In this document: positions 38,347-51,556 of the stretch, piece by piece
Numbering within the stretch: the stretch's first letter is position 1
Layout: every line of letters begins with the position of its first letter
Origin: Camelus ferus
Taxonomy: Eukaryota
NCBI RefSeq assembly: GCF_009834535.1
Contig: NC_045705.1
Span: 55,490,001 to 55,554,000, forward strand
DNA length: 64,000 nucleotides
Reading direction: 5' to 3'
Notes under the pieces: model-generated
Database searches by the model: none
Told to the model about the DNA's origin: nothing
What the model saw: only the letters and a program-made list of their open reading frames with translations
Translations under genes and position numbers: made by a program

Positions 38347-38938
38347 CTAGACCAGTTGGAGGCCTCCCCACAGGGCCCCCAGGAAATGACAAGGCTTTTG
38401 TGCCTCAGCCTGCTGGGCCAGGGAATGTATTTTTATTCCTGTCTCCTGTGTTCTCATGGCTCTTCACACTAATCCATCCTTTGAAGAACTCGGCTAGCCT
38501 AAGCCATGTCATATCACACGCATCCTCCTTGTCTAGTTTGCTTGCAAATGACCCGTCAGGAGGAGAGAGGAAGTTCTCCTTTATCACAGTGAAGACGCCC
38601 CACTGAGGGCTCACCTACTGGAAGCGCTCTCCTGTCCAGTGTCCTCCAGCTAAACTAAAAGAATCCGTCCAGCGTGCACTGTTAAGACACGTTAGAGAAA
38701 AAAGTTTCTCCAACTCTGACATTTCTCCGGCAGCCAGTCACAGGGGCTATCACAGAGCGCTAGAACACTGATGCTGACTTTCAGAACGTGGATTCACTAT
38801 GCCCAAAATGGCAAGTTTCCTAAATAAGCAGCCAGAGATGAAACCCTCGGAAACATCATTTGTTGGGCAATGTCATCTGACACTATTTTACACGTAACGC
38901 CTATGATCAACATGAGAAAAATGAATCCAGGGAATTCG

Positions 38939-39436
38939 TGTGACGGTTATTACTATATGTCAACTAGACTGGTCACTGGGTGCCCAGTTTAGACATTCTT
39001 TCTGCGTGTGTCTGTGAAAGTGTTCTTTCCAGCCAAGATTAGAATGGGATCTGTGGACTCAGTATCGCAGCTGGCTTTCCGTGGCGTGGATGGGTATCAT
39101 CCAATTTGTTGAGGCCTGAAAAGAACACAAATGTGCAAGAAGGAAGAATTTGTTCTTTTTGTTCCTGCCTGCCTGCTTCTGCTTCCGCGGGTCTTCTCCC
39201 GTCCTGAGACGGAAACTTATGTCATAGATATTCCCGGTCTGAAGCTTCCCGACTTGGACTGAGTTACTGGGTCTGCACCTTGCTGTTGGCAGGTCTGGAA
39301 CTTCTCAGCCTCTTATGATTATATGAGCCTCCTCCTTATAATAGGGCACCTTCCAATGTATATGATGAGGGTGGATAGCTAGCTAGCTAGCTAATAGAAA
39401 GAGATTCTATTTCTCTGAAGAACCCTGAGTAATACA
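38939..39436 (+). mobile_element. MLT2-type (ERVL) solo LTR
   Basis: Termini tgtgacggtta...aaccctgagtaataca; internal ggtatcatccaatttgttgaggcctgaa typical of MLT2. Confidence 0.75.
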
Positions 39437-39558
39437 GTAATGAAAAATTTCTAAAATTCTGTTAAGTGACATAGCTGAACTATGAGAATAATCCAATGAC
39501 TCAGCTGAACCATACAATTTCTAAAGCTCTGTGCCAAACAGTGTATTTTCTTCCGTAC

Positions 39559-40515
39559 TAGTGATATTATTATGGTAGAGGAATTGCACATGAATAACAT
39601 AAAGAGAGCGAGTGTTATTATACTGGAAATCAATGTTTAGAATTATTGTGGTTAAATGCCATATTATAACAGCTGCCATTTATCCTATATTGTCAACTGA
39701 TGAATAGGTTATGATTTTTCCTAGCTGGGCTTGGTTAAGTCCATCTCAAGCTCTGATTAGGATGGATAATATGACTATGGTTAGTATCATGCTTATGTTG
39801 ACGAATAGTGAGATTTGAAATAAACTGATATTGCTGAAAGTGTTTGTCCTGTTCATAGGATTAGGCCTGCTCTTGGTGGATTATGTTTAACTTTGGTCAC
39901 TCGCAAGTGGAATGAGGAAAGTGCTAACTTTATGATAACGGCTACCATTTTGATGGTGGTTACTGTTGTATTAAATGTTTTGGGAAATTGTTCATTGATT
40001 TGAATATACTAAATGAATACTGATAGCAATTATAGGAATGTTGACATGGTAGCTTGTGTTAAAATAATTTGCTGGATGTTTCTATGGTTCATGGAGTAAG
40101 TATTTTTATTAGGAAAGAGATAATAGATACTATGTTTATTCTGAAGCCAATTCAAAATCTTAATCAGTGTGAGCGTATCATTACAATTATGGTTCCTGAG
40201 ATGATGGTTAGTAGAATGATACTAAAACTATGTGATTTTTAGCATGGGAATGCTATAAACCAACATTTTCTGGATATGGGTTTAGTAGCCTACTTGGTTG
40301 ACCTTACTCTAGAATATGATATAATATGGTACACTGAGAAAGTTGACTTTGTATGGATAGGTTCGATTTCTACAGTTCTAAAAATAAAAGGGTTTTAACC
40401 TACATTATTTATTCAAGTAACTCTTTCGCTAGACATATTTTTTTCTTAAGTTTGTGGAGGAATGCCTGAGGTGATGGTGGGTAGTGAAACATTCCATGTG
40501 CATAGAGCAGAGGAA
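39559..40515 (-). pseudogene. Ancient NUMT: ND1 3' end, tRNA-Ile, tRNA-Gln, tRNA-Met, 5' ~680 nt of ND2
   Basis: Minus strand reads ALCTWNVSLPTITSGIPPQT (ND1 C-terminus), then degenerate tRNA-Ile (~40446-40378), tRNA-Gln on the opposite strand (~40310-40381), tRNA-Met (~40308-40240, gaaaatgttggtttata), then ND2-like sequence with stops and indels. Gene order matches vertebrate mtDNA. Confidence 0.9.
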
Positions 40516-40659
40516 AAGAAAGGCAGGCAGAGGAAGGATAGTGATGGTGCAGAGATTTAGAACAAACAAAACATTAACATCATAGTTAAAAAGAAGAAAT
40601 GGGAGAGACAAGAGGAGTAAGTCAATGACAGAATGATAATGGATATTGTGATATTCTGG

Positions 40660-42030
40660 TTCTGTCTACTTACCACTTTTCTCTAAGTTTTGTGTATTTT
40701 TGCCATTTTGTTTCTGGTAGGAATATTCTCTCAAATTTCTTGTAAGAGGGGGTCTAGGGTTCATCCACTCCCTTGGCTTTTGATTGGGAAAGTCTTTATT
40801 TTTCCTTCCTATCTGAATGATACTTTGCTGGATAGCGTATTCTTGGGTGACAGTTTTGCCTTTCACTATTTTGAGAATGTCATTCCACTCCTTCCTGGCC
40901 TGTTGGGCTTCTGCTGAAAAATCTGCTGATGGTCTTACCGAGGTTCCTTTGTACATGATCATCCTGTTTACACTCGCTGCAGTTAAAATTCACTTTTTGA
41001 CATCGAGTTTTGACAAGTTTAGTATCTTGTGTCCTGGAAAAGGCCTTTTTGCAATGCGGTCATTAAGTGTTCTCTCAGGTGCATGGGCGTGTATATCCAG
41101 TTCCTTCCCCAGGTTTGGGGAGTTCACAGCTATTATTTCTTTAAAATCTCTCTGCTCCCTTTTGTCCCTTTGCTCCTTCTGGGATACCCGTTACCCTAAT
41201 GGTGCCCTTCCTAAAAGAGTCCGATAGTCCTGGGAAATTAACTCATTTTTATGTCTTATTTCTCTCTCCTCTTCTACTCATATCATTTCTAGATTTCAAC
41301 GTGCGAGCTCATGAATTCCCTCTCCATCTGGTCTGCTCTACTTTCAATGCTTTCTAACGTGTTCTTCTTCCCACTTTCGGTGTTCTTCAGCTCCAGAATT
41401 TGTTCGATTCTGTTTTAGAGTTTCATCCTTGTTGGGAAGGTTTTCCTTCAGAACTTGAATTTTATTCCTGAGCTCTGTAGACTGCCTGAGTGAGTTTTGC
41501 TGTATCTCTTTGAGTCCTCTATCGGTTAGATCACAATATTCCATGACTTTCAGTTTGATTTCTGGAAAATTGGCATTTTCCTTTTGTCAAGTAGTGTAAT
41601 TCTGGTTCTTCATGTTGCTTTCTGATTGAAGTATAGTTGATTTCCAATGTTGTGCTGGTTTCTGGTGAACAGCATGGTGATTCAGTGAATGAATTTTTCT
41701 CTGTCTGTGCATGTGAAATAAAATGACAGGTTAGGAGTGAGGCTCCTTTGGTTGGTGTTCCAGTAGGTGGAGATATCACAGAAGTTTGGATGTCTCTTGC
41801 CTGCGCTTCCTCTGGCTGTGGTTGAGTTCGCACTTTCCAGCCTGCACCGGTTCTGTAAGAGGTGCCTCCATGCTTTCACTGCAGCTTCATGTGCCACCAC
41901 GGTGGTTGCTGCCTTGTTTCTGCCAGAGCCACTGTCATCACCGGGATGGTGGGCTCTTTCCTGGCATCCATCTGAGATCCCTTAGAGATACAGGTTCCAC
42001 ATGGGACAGGGGCACAGCTGGGAGGAGCTA
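40660..42030 (-). mobile_element. L1 5' region / ORF1 fragment
   Basis: Translated pieces YKGTSVRPSADFSAEAQQARKEWNDILK and YCDLTDRGLKE resemble L1 ORF1p; multiple frameshifts; ends approximate. Confidence 0.8.
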
Positions 42031-42089
42031 GGTCAAGAAGGCTGTCTCAGTATTCAAGTTTCACATATTCAAGATTTTAAGAGATGATA

Positions 42090-43355
42090 CTCCATTTAGA
42101 GTTACTGCAGAACAACAGCCATACTTGCCTGTGCTGTACAGTATATCCTTGTACCCTATTCACTTTACACATAGCAGTTGGTGTCTCTTGGTCCCATACA
42201 CACATCTTCTCCCTCCCTCCTTCCTGCTCCTCAGTTTTGCCACCAGTTGTTCCCTGTATGTGTCAGTCTGCTTCTGTTTCGTCCTGTAACTTTGATTTCA
42301 TTTTTAGACTCCACTTGTAAGTGATAACAAAGAATATTNNNNNNNNNNNNNNNNNNNNNNNNNNNNNNNNNNNNNNNNNNNNNNNNNNNNNNNNNNNNNN
42401 NNNNNNNNNNNNNNNNNNNNNNNNNNNNNNNNNNNNNNNNNNNNNNNNNNNNNNNNNNNNNNNNNNNNACCCATTCATCTGGTCGGAAACTTAGGTTGCT
42501 TCCATCTCTTGGCAGTTGTAAATAATACTGCTGTGAACATTGGGGTATATGTGTCTTTTCAAGTTAGTGTTATGCTTTTCTTAGCTATATAAGCTCAGGA
42601 GTGGGATTGCTGGATCATACAGTATTTCACTTTTAATTTTTTGAAGATCCTCTGTACTGTTTGTATTGTGGCTGCACCAATTTAATGTCCTATCAACATT
42701 GCTCTCAGGTTCCCTTTTGCCAGCATCCTCACCAATGTTTGTTATTTGTTGATAACCATTTTGTTTTTGATGATAACCATTTAGACAGGCATGAGATAAT
42801 AGCTCAATGTGGCTTTGATTTGCAGTTTTCTAATGATTAGCAATGTTGACCATTTCTTCCTGTGCCTTTTGAACATCTGTGTACCTTCTTTGGAAAAAAG
42901 TGTATTCAGGTCTCCTGCCCATTTTTTATTGAATTCTTTGGTTTTTTAAAATATTGAGTTGTTTGAGCTGTTCATAAGCTTTAGATATTAACCCCTTAAT
43001 GATCATAGCACTTGGAAATATTTTCTCCCATTCAGTAGAGTATCTTTTAATTGTGTCCATGATTTGTGCTTCTTAAAATCTTTTACGTTTAATTACGGAC
43101 CATTTGTTTTGGGGTTTGCTTCTTTTTGCTTTTCTTTCTTTTGTTTTAGGAGACAGATCGAAAAATATATTGCCAAGGTCTATACTGAGGAGTGTCCTAC
43201 TTATGGTCACTTCTTGGAATTTCATGGTTTCAGGGCTTACATTTAGGTCTTTAATCCCTTTTGAGTTTACTTTTCTACATAGTGTGAGGAAATGTTCAAT
43301 TGTCGTTCTCTTGCATGTAGCTGTCCAGTTATCCCAGCGCCAAGTATTGAAGAGA
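42090..43355 (-). mobile_element. L1 3' region (ORF2 end and 3'UTR)
   Basis: Reverse complement of L1 ORF2 C-terminal/3'UTR sequence (WDNWTATCKR, FLTLCRKVNSKGIKDLNV); ends approximate. Confidence 0.8.
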
Positions 43356-44654
43356 TTCCAGGACACCTTTGGCATTTTACTGAGGAGAGGATCTGGAACT
43401 GGGAGCAACTTAGAGATACCTTATTCTTTTCAGTGGAGGGCTTCATTTCTGGGGCCAAGATTCTCTGTTATAAAGTGAATGCCCCTCGATGTGCAGATGT
43501 TTCTCTGTTGTATACGAAAACTCAGGGCTTCCAATTCTTATATGTGGGTGTTTCATCCTCAACTAGAGAACTGGGCATGCAAGCAAATGAAAAGCCATCA
43601 TTGTCCCTAGAAAGTCATTTGTCAATAATTCAAGGGTATAGAGTTTTCTCAGTGAGACAGAACCTCAATCACTGTAGCAATGGGGTGACAAGAAGACAGA
43701 GGTCAAAGGGAAAATTTAGGTTGATTTCCTTCAGTTTCCATGGATGACTACTAATCAAAGAGTGTGCACATGCACACTCATACACACACAGTTTTCCATG
43801 GCAGGGAGAGTTGGAGTAGTCTTGTCAGCAGCACAGAGGGATCTAGAATCTGGAAAATGAGACGACAGTAGAAACAACCCTTGTGCCCCTGAAGGCACAA
43901 ACCTGTTTAATGAGACACTGACACAGTTTATATTTCTCAGTAACTAACAGATCTAGTATTTATTGTGAAGTTGAGAATCTTAAATGCTTTATAATAAATA
44001 ACATTTATCTACTCACAATGATCTTATATACGGTGCAGTTTTTATACCAGGATCATTTTAAGAAAATAAACAGAGTGTTCTAGTATGTTTTTCAAGGTTT
44101 CACTGCTCATATGCGGAGAGACAGGGCTTGAAGTCACATACTCTGGACACAAAATTTCCAATCTTAGTACATGTTATTTATGATATTTTCTCCTTAATTC
44201 CTTAAGGAGTAAGGGACAATATAGGTAAACTGAGACACCACTCAGGATCACACTTTAGGAAATGACAAGTAAACACAAGGGCTTTGATAATATATGAAGT
44301 TTTTAAGAAGCATCCCTTCCTCTTCTTGGTCAGTGCCAAAGGAAATGAGGCTGTAAAAATTTGCAGAGGTGTTCCATCAGGACTGCTCCTTCTTTGTACG
44401 GCAGTAATCACTTTATCTTTGGGTATGGAAAATGATGAATTAAGATTTTCTCTCAATCCAGACATGATATTGAACCAAAAAATATGACACAAGGCCAGCT
44501 GAATAGCCTAACTGATGAATGAAAAACATTCAAATGGAAAAAAAAAATAGATGGAAGAAAGATAAATGGAGGGATGGTGCAGATGAGCTCAGGCGGGTTA
44601 GATGCATGCACAAGAAGAGGAAGGAGAAAGAAGTGGGTGTGAGTGTAAGAAGGT

Positions 44655-45241
44655 TCAGGAGCCTATCGAGCACAGAGTCATGGGGGCCTCACATTTCATA
44701 AGATTGAAATATGGATACAGTTTCTGTGGAAAGGAACACGAAGAGAATTTATAGATGAGAGACCCGTTGTTTGTGACATTGAAAAATGAGACAGTGAGAG
44801 CATCATAGTCTAGGAAAACCCCAATACGCCTGGGAGGAACACTCAGGGAGAGGGGTATCTTTAAGGGATCAGAGGAGGGAGACTGGGCAAAAGCATAATA
44901 TTGATAATTCTGTAACCCTATAACACAGTAGCCACATTTAGGTTGATATTGCAAGCAAACAGGTTGATAATTTTCATGTTCTTGGGATAAAAGTCTCATA
45001 CAATTTCTCTGTTGGTTTTCATCACATACCCCAAGGATCCAGGCACGTTTCTGTGACACATCTACCTCCCAGTAATGTTTTCCTCTTGTAATAAATGGGG
45101 AGCCTAGGACACCAGGGTCTTGATAATCACCATTCAGATATGCATTGGATTGTCCAAAAGTATGCACATAACTCATTCGTCTTCCATCCGCAGAAATGAC
45201 AACATTTGATTTACGCTTTGGAGGAATCAGGGTCACGGGAA
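44655..45241 (-). CDS. TRIM5: TRIM5-like B exon 8 (PRYSPRY, open frame but downstream of the exon-6 stop)
   Basis: Two nucleotide differences from A in 587 nt (one R/L, one synonymous). Confidence 0.85.
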
Positions 45242-45464
45242 CTGTTGAAAAATAACAGCACTGAGTGAGGGATACGATGTAGTTTTATTTGTGATGTCGT
45301 GGAAGGGATCTTTAGAAGAACTTTAAGGGAAAGAAAATATGTTTGTGTTTGTGTATGCTGGGAGGGGAGACATGGGTCTTAAAACAGGAGACCTACTAGA
45401 AAATGAAAGACTCTAAAAGTTGATGAAAAGAGGGTGGCTTGATGACAGTGTGATTTCTCCTTAC

Positions 45465-45491
45465 CCCAGTAGCGTTGCACGTCTCTCAGCT
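45465..45491 (-). CDS. TRIM5: TRIM5-like B exon 7
   Basis: Identical to A exon 7. Confidence 0.8.
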
Positions 45492-45772
45492 CTGAAATGA
45501 TAAAAATCATAATATTAAATGTAATCAAAGGAATTAGGACTGAAATATATTTTCTCCCAGTTTAGGGGAAGGACTGTTGTGAAGTAGAAAACTGGCAAAA
45601 GAGAGAATGAACCAGACAGCTGGTCACTCCCCATTAAATACCACCATATCGTCAGCACATAGCATCTGGCCTCCAATGCCTCTATCCACCCCTGGAAAAT
45701 TGGAGCTGCTGCCCATTTTCTGCAGCCATCACAACAATCCCACAGACACCCACGTTGGGAAGCACTCCTCAC

Positions 45773-45874
45773 CATCCAATGCTCTCAAAATCTGTCTCAG
45801 CTCAGGAGCTCGAAACACTCTCCTTTGTCCCTTGGGAAAGGTTTTTGGCTTCTTCAGAGTCAGGGATCTCACTC
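45773..45874 (-). CDS. TRIM5: TRIM5-like B exon 6 (102 nt, frameshifted)
   Basis: catccctag/GAGTGAGATCCCTGAC...; reads [23 protein letters not shown]. Confidence 0.85.
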
Positions 45875-47092
45875 CTAGGGATGATAAAAATTGACCACCA
45901 CACCTCGGATATTTTATCCCTTGAAAACCAGTGACTTTCTATATTTTCACCCCATAGATGCACTTGTAGGGTCGTTCCTAGAGACCCTGAGAAAGGAGGC
46001 AATGGATGCCTGATCTTGGAGCCAGAACAAATGTGCTCATGTTCACTTTCCCAATTCCTCTGTGTGACCTGAGAAGGTCTTGATCTCTCAGAAGCACAGT
46101 TTGTCCCTTTCAAACTGAAATAATTAACCTTTCCCCCTCTCCCTCCTAGAAATCATAGGTAATAATGGACTCAACAGAACAAAATTTTGGTACGTTAAAA
46201 AGTTTAATTGGTGGAAAAGTCACCGCATGGATATGGGTTTCCAGGAAGATGTCAGAAAATGAGCTTGTGAACCTGCCTCCTGCGAGTTTGAGATGTATCA
46301 TGTATGAGAATATTGTCCAGAGTGTCCCCAAAATTTCAAAGGCTGCTCCCCAACAGGAGACCCTCAGAATAACTTGAGATTTCAGGTTCTCTGGGAAGAA
46401 GTAAAAACCCTTCGGAAATTTAAGACATCATGAACACTAAACCAACAGTGGTCTGAATTTCACGTGTTTGTAAAGAGTTTGATGCTGCCAAGTAGGGGTG
46501 CAAATTCAGACACAAAGTTGCTACCTTTTCATTCTGGCTTCTAGAGTATGTGACCAAGATGGATCAATTGTTTGCATCAGGGCCAAAATATTCCTGGAGA
46601 TTTAAGTCTATTTTTGGAAATTTAAATGGAAATATATATAAGAAGCTGGTCTCTTCTATACCCAGGGCAGAAGTTCAAATATAAAGGAGTTTTCTCTAGT
46701 TCTGGATGCTTGACAGATAAAGAAGATCTGACCTTCCCATGACAAGTCAAACACCTGTTAAATATGAGAATCCGAGTTAGATAATGACACACAGTGTGAA
46801 TTAAATATTTGAGGTCACAGGTGTCTGACATTCGAAAGTGTTATCCCTAATACTACTACAGACGCAAACTCTGCAAATTCCCATGACCAAAACTGTCTAC
46901 TATGGAATCTAGTCCACTCTCAGTATTTATAGAACAATCTAGCTATGATTTGTGAACAGAAATTTAAGATAAATGTGCATCCCATTTTTTCTTCCCTGAA
47001 CATTATTTTACTCGAATTGGCCACCAGATAACTCCAATGGCTTTCTATTATTTCACAGCCCAAAAGGACCACGTCTGGTCTCCCACACATAC

Positions 47093-47115
47093 CTTTTTAT
47101 GATGCCATGCACATC
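47093..47115 (-). CDS. TRIM5: TRIM5-like B exon 5
   Basis: Identical 23-nt exon with AG/GT. Confidence 0.88.
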
Positions 47116-50100
47116 CTAGTGAGAAAAGAGAAAACACGAGTCAAGAACCAAGCAGTTCCCCTACTTACAAAGCTTCTTCATGTCCCCACCAGCCCCTGAT
47201 TATGGGAATAGAGATTGACTCAATGTGAGAGCCGGAAAGTAAAGATGAGAGTGAGGTCAGTCATGCCAGAGACTCATGTGATGTTGTCAGGTTCCCAAAA
47301 AGGTGAAAAATGCTTTGGCCATTACGAAAAAAGAGCATGAAACTTCCATATCAGGAGATGAGACATGTTTATGGGAAAAATGAGAGGCCTGTAAATTTGA
47401 TGGCCCATGAGTTGATTTGAATACTTCATGAGATGATTTAAATGCTGTCATTTATTCACTAAAACTGTGAAATGATGGACTGTTATTTATCGAAGCTTTG
47501 GAGTATCAAAGTTGAATACATAATCCTAATCTCCCCCAAACTATTTATAAGGCTTTTGTTGAGGGTACAAGTAAGCAAATGTATTCATGCAGGTATTTTT
47601 GAGGTCTCTCTCTTCTCAATTTATGCACTGTTAATGACCCCTTCCACTGTCTTTAATTCAGCATGCCCATATGTGCAGTTCATTTCCAACTCTTTATTTT
47701 TATTCAATTTTGTCTCTTAAATGCATATTATTATATTCAGTCGTGAAACAGCCACAGGAATCAGTGACGTAGAATGTCTAATATGTTAGTTATCATTCAC
47801 TGACCAAATTGTTTCCTCCCTTGTACCCCATTTTCATCATGTTCTCAATATCCACTCACTGCCCTAAAAACTGCAGAATTTATCTGCATTTTGGTCTCTA
47901 CTGAGTCAGTTTAGTCCAGATCCTTTAGAGTTTTTAGCCATCTAACCTTCTTAATCATGACAGATATTGTTTTGTTTGTTTGAACATATATGTACCACTA
48001 TATTTGATCTCTTTTACTGAAGACTTACTTCATTCATGTCACCAAAAAGTAGGACCATAGCTGGGTTTAGGAAAAAAATTCTTTCTGTATTAGGGCTCCT
48101 TTGTTGTACAAGACAAAACTCAAATAAATATAGAATAAGTAGAGAAATGATAAATGATTCTGGGGGAGAGCTACAACTTTACTCAAACTTTAATTAAGAA
48201 GCTCAAACTTTGTCATCAGAATCAGGTCTCTATCTTTCTCCAGTTCTGTTTATTCCACTTATATTAGCTTTATTCTCAGCTCATAAAGGAAACATGAATC
48301 TCCTCATATAAACTCTAGAAGAAAAAAGAGCTTCTCCTCCCAGTTACAACAAAAAAATCTGCACGCCTGCAGGCAGGAGCCTACACAGGATGAGCAGCCC
48401 ATTTAAAAACATCCCTCCGTTGTTTTCAAAAGGAAATGAAATAGTGCTGAAGGAAGTTTCCATTTTTACTAGAAATAGCTTAGTGTAGTTGGAAGTAGCC
48501 GATGATAGGGTAGGAGACATATTGTAATCACTCGAGCAACCACTAGGAAAAAAGCTTATAAAAATACAGTGAGAAAATAGGACAACTGAGATTTGTATAC
48601 TTGAAAAATTCATTTAACACAGAAGTAGCTAGTTAAGGAGAAAGAGAAGAATGAAAACTAGAGTAGCCATAATGAATGCAAATACAAAATGGTCATGTTA
48701 AACACAGCCATATCAATACTTGCATTAAATGTCATGCATTAATACCACAAGTGAAAGGCACAGATGGTAGGGCTGGATAAAAAGCAAAGTTCAACTATTG
48801 CTATCTATAAGGGACCTATTTTAGATTCAACAACACAAAAAGGGCAAAAGTAAAAACACAGAAAAACATGCAAACAATAATCAGGAGATAGGTCAAGTGC
48901 TTATATAAATAGTAGACAAAATAGACTTTAAGACAATAAGTATTATGTGAGAGTGAAAGAGAAATTTTATTATGGCAAAAGGTTCAGTATATCAAAAAGT
49001 TATAAGGATTACAAGCGTATATGCACCTAACAGCAGAGCTTCAAAGTACATAAAGTAAAATTAAAAGGGGAAATAGATGATTCAATAATAGTTACACATT
49101 TCAAAATCTCACTCTTAACAATGAGAGACTAGCTTATACGGAAACCATCAAATTTATAGACGACATGGACGATACTATCAACCATCCTGACCAAACTAAC
49201 AGCTATAGACCATTTTACCCAATAATTGTGAATACACAGTCTTTTCAAATTTATATAGAAAATTTTCCTGAACATAAAGTTCTTAAGCCATAAACAAGTG
49301 TCAATGAACCTAAAAGTTTTAAAGTAATAAAATATATATGTTCTCTGATTACAGCAGAATTAAATTTGAAATCAACAGCAGAAGTAAAACTCATAAGTCA
49401 CCGAGTATTTTCTAATTAACAACACACTTTAAAATATCCAAGGTTTAACAAAGCAAAACAAAACAAAACAAAAAACTGCAAAGGAAATCTGAGAAGAAGT
49501 TGAAATTCAATGAAAATTAAAACTAAACAATCAAAATGTGAGGAATACAACTAAGGACATGCACTTACATCATTAAACATTGTATCACAAGAGATGGTCT
49601 CAGATCAGCGATCTAAGTTCCCACCTCAGGAAACNNNNNNNNNNNNNNNNNNNNNNNNNNNNNNNNNNNNNNNNNNNNNNNNNNNNNNNNNNNNNNNNNN
49701 NNNNNNNNNNNNNNNNNNNNNNNNNNNNNNNNNNNNNNNNNNNNNNNNNNNNNNNNNNNNNNNAATGTGAGAACAGAAAGTAATGAATAAGAAAAGGTTA
49801 AAATAGACAAAATAAATAAGACATTACTTTGGTTTTGAAAACAATCAATAAATTGACAAAACATAAATAAACTGACCACGAAAGAAGTGAAACAGAAAAT
49901 CACCAAACTCAGGAATAAAAGAGGGGACACTACTGTGAATAATACAGAAATTAATGGGATAATAAAGGATTATTATAATGAAATTTATGCCTACAAATAA
50001 GAAAACTGAAAATAGACAATTTCCTACAAAAACATACAAAAACTGACTCAATGACTGTGAAAAATAGAAATAATCCTAATACAGGTAAAATAGTTTAAAC

Positions 50101-50621
50101 TTTTCCTATAAGAAAAAGCCAGAGTGAGATGGCTTCAATAATGAATTCCATTAATATTTAAAGAATAAATAACAGTCCTTCAAAAATTATCTCCAGAAAT
50201 AGAGAAAGAGAAAGAAAATATCAACACATTAAGGGAAAGAAAAAACATCTTGCAATCAGAAGTGCATTTGTTCGTGACTAAGCTGCGTCATGAAGAGCTA
50301 TCTGACAAATGCTTAACACTGGATCACAGATAACAGGGGCCTCTAGCAAATCACTGAAGACAGTGAATCTTCTCTCCACAGTCACATTTTTGCACTGAAC
50401 ATGGTACATTAAAAAATAAAAATTCCTCTTGTTATTCCTGAATTCAATTCACGCATTCACTTATTCTTATACCCCCCAGATGAGATGCAGGGAAGGGGCA
50501 CAGCAGGGCCAAAGCAACCTTGGTGACAACACCAGAAAGAACACAACAATACAGAAGAGATGGAAACCTAGGCTTCATTTGTCTCAGCTCTCAGATGCTG
50601 AGGCTACTTCCCCAGGCTTAC

Positions 50622-50852
50622 CTGCAGCATCTCCACCATTGACCGTTGCAAACATTGTTCCAGATCTGAGATGAGGTCTCTCACCAACTGGCTCTGCTGG
50701 ACCACCTCATTCTCAGAGTCTGCCAGGTTACGCAGAATACCTCCTACATCATCCTTCAGCTTTTGAAGTTCCTTCTGCTCCTCATCGTTCAGGATAGCTC
50801 TCAGTTCTTTAAACTCTGCCTGGACATTTTGTCTCTCATTTTCCATTTGATG
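50622..50852 (-). CDS. TRIM5: TRIM5-like B exon 4
   Basis: One difference from A (LNDEE versus LNNEE); splice sites intact. Confidence 0.9.
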
Positions 50853-51460
50853 CTTCAGGAATGAAAGAGAGAGAGAGGAATTAGAACTCTCAGGCTGACA
50901 CTGGGAACCAGAAAAAGACCTACGTACTCAGGAAGTTCCCACAGGGAGGTGAGATAGAAGGAGGAAAAGAGTTCCTGGGGAAGCTGGTTATTGTCCATCA
51001 CTTTTTCACCATCACATTCCAAATTAATGGCCCCAAGTCTGCATTACTTAGGCCCCGCTGAGCCAAAATAGGATCCCTGTGGGTGCTAGGCTTCACAATG
51101 TGTCCAGGATGCTCGTGCCTCCCTGTAATTACTCACGATCCCCTCCCACAATCCTCTGCCAAAAGTGGAACACTGAGGACAGAACCATCCGCCATTGCCA
51201 TTTGACATGAACGGAACATGAAATTCACGCGTCATCCTCAGCAGAGAGCCCCTGCACACGAATACCTCCCTTGGGGTGGCGGTGTTCACTGGGGGTACGT
51301 GCGCTTCTCAGCCCTCAGCCCTATCAGGGGAAGGATGAACAAACGGACCAATGAAAGGACTTGACTGTCAGGGAACAAAGAGGAAGCTATCTCCTTGAGA
51401 CTAACATCAAGGTCCTGCCCAGATACCTGTCTAACTCCCTCAGGAAGTGTCTCCACCTAC

Positions 51461-51556
51461 CTTCCAGGCAGTGATCTCTTCTCTAACTTCCATCTCAAAG
51501 TTCTCAGCTTCCCGCTGCTCCTCCCTCAGCCTCTTCAGAATTGCCTGGAGTTTCCC
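51461..51556 (-). CDS. TRIM5: TRIM5-like B exon 3
   Basis: Identical to A exon 3, same splice sites. Confidence 0.9.

Larger units (their letters stand above)
23890..41533. repeat. Tandem segmental duplication unit A
   Basis: Colinear with 43264-60091. Offset is 19374 left of an 864-bp indel and about 18510-18562 after it. Confidence 0.93.

Noticed and set aside
40240-40446. tRNA-Met/Gln/Ile-like sequences as functional tRNA genes
   Set aside because: Mitochondrial-type, decayed stems and anticodon arms; part of the NUMT
45773-45874. Positive selection on exon 6
   Set aside because: About 8 non-synonymous to 2 synonymous changes is close to neutral expectation, and the flanking introns are similarly diverged
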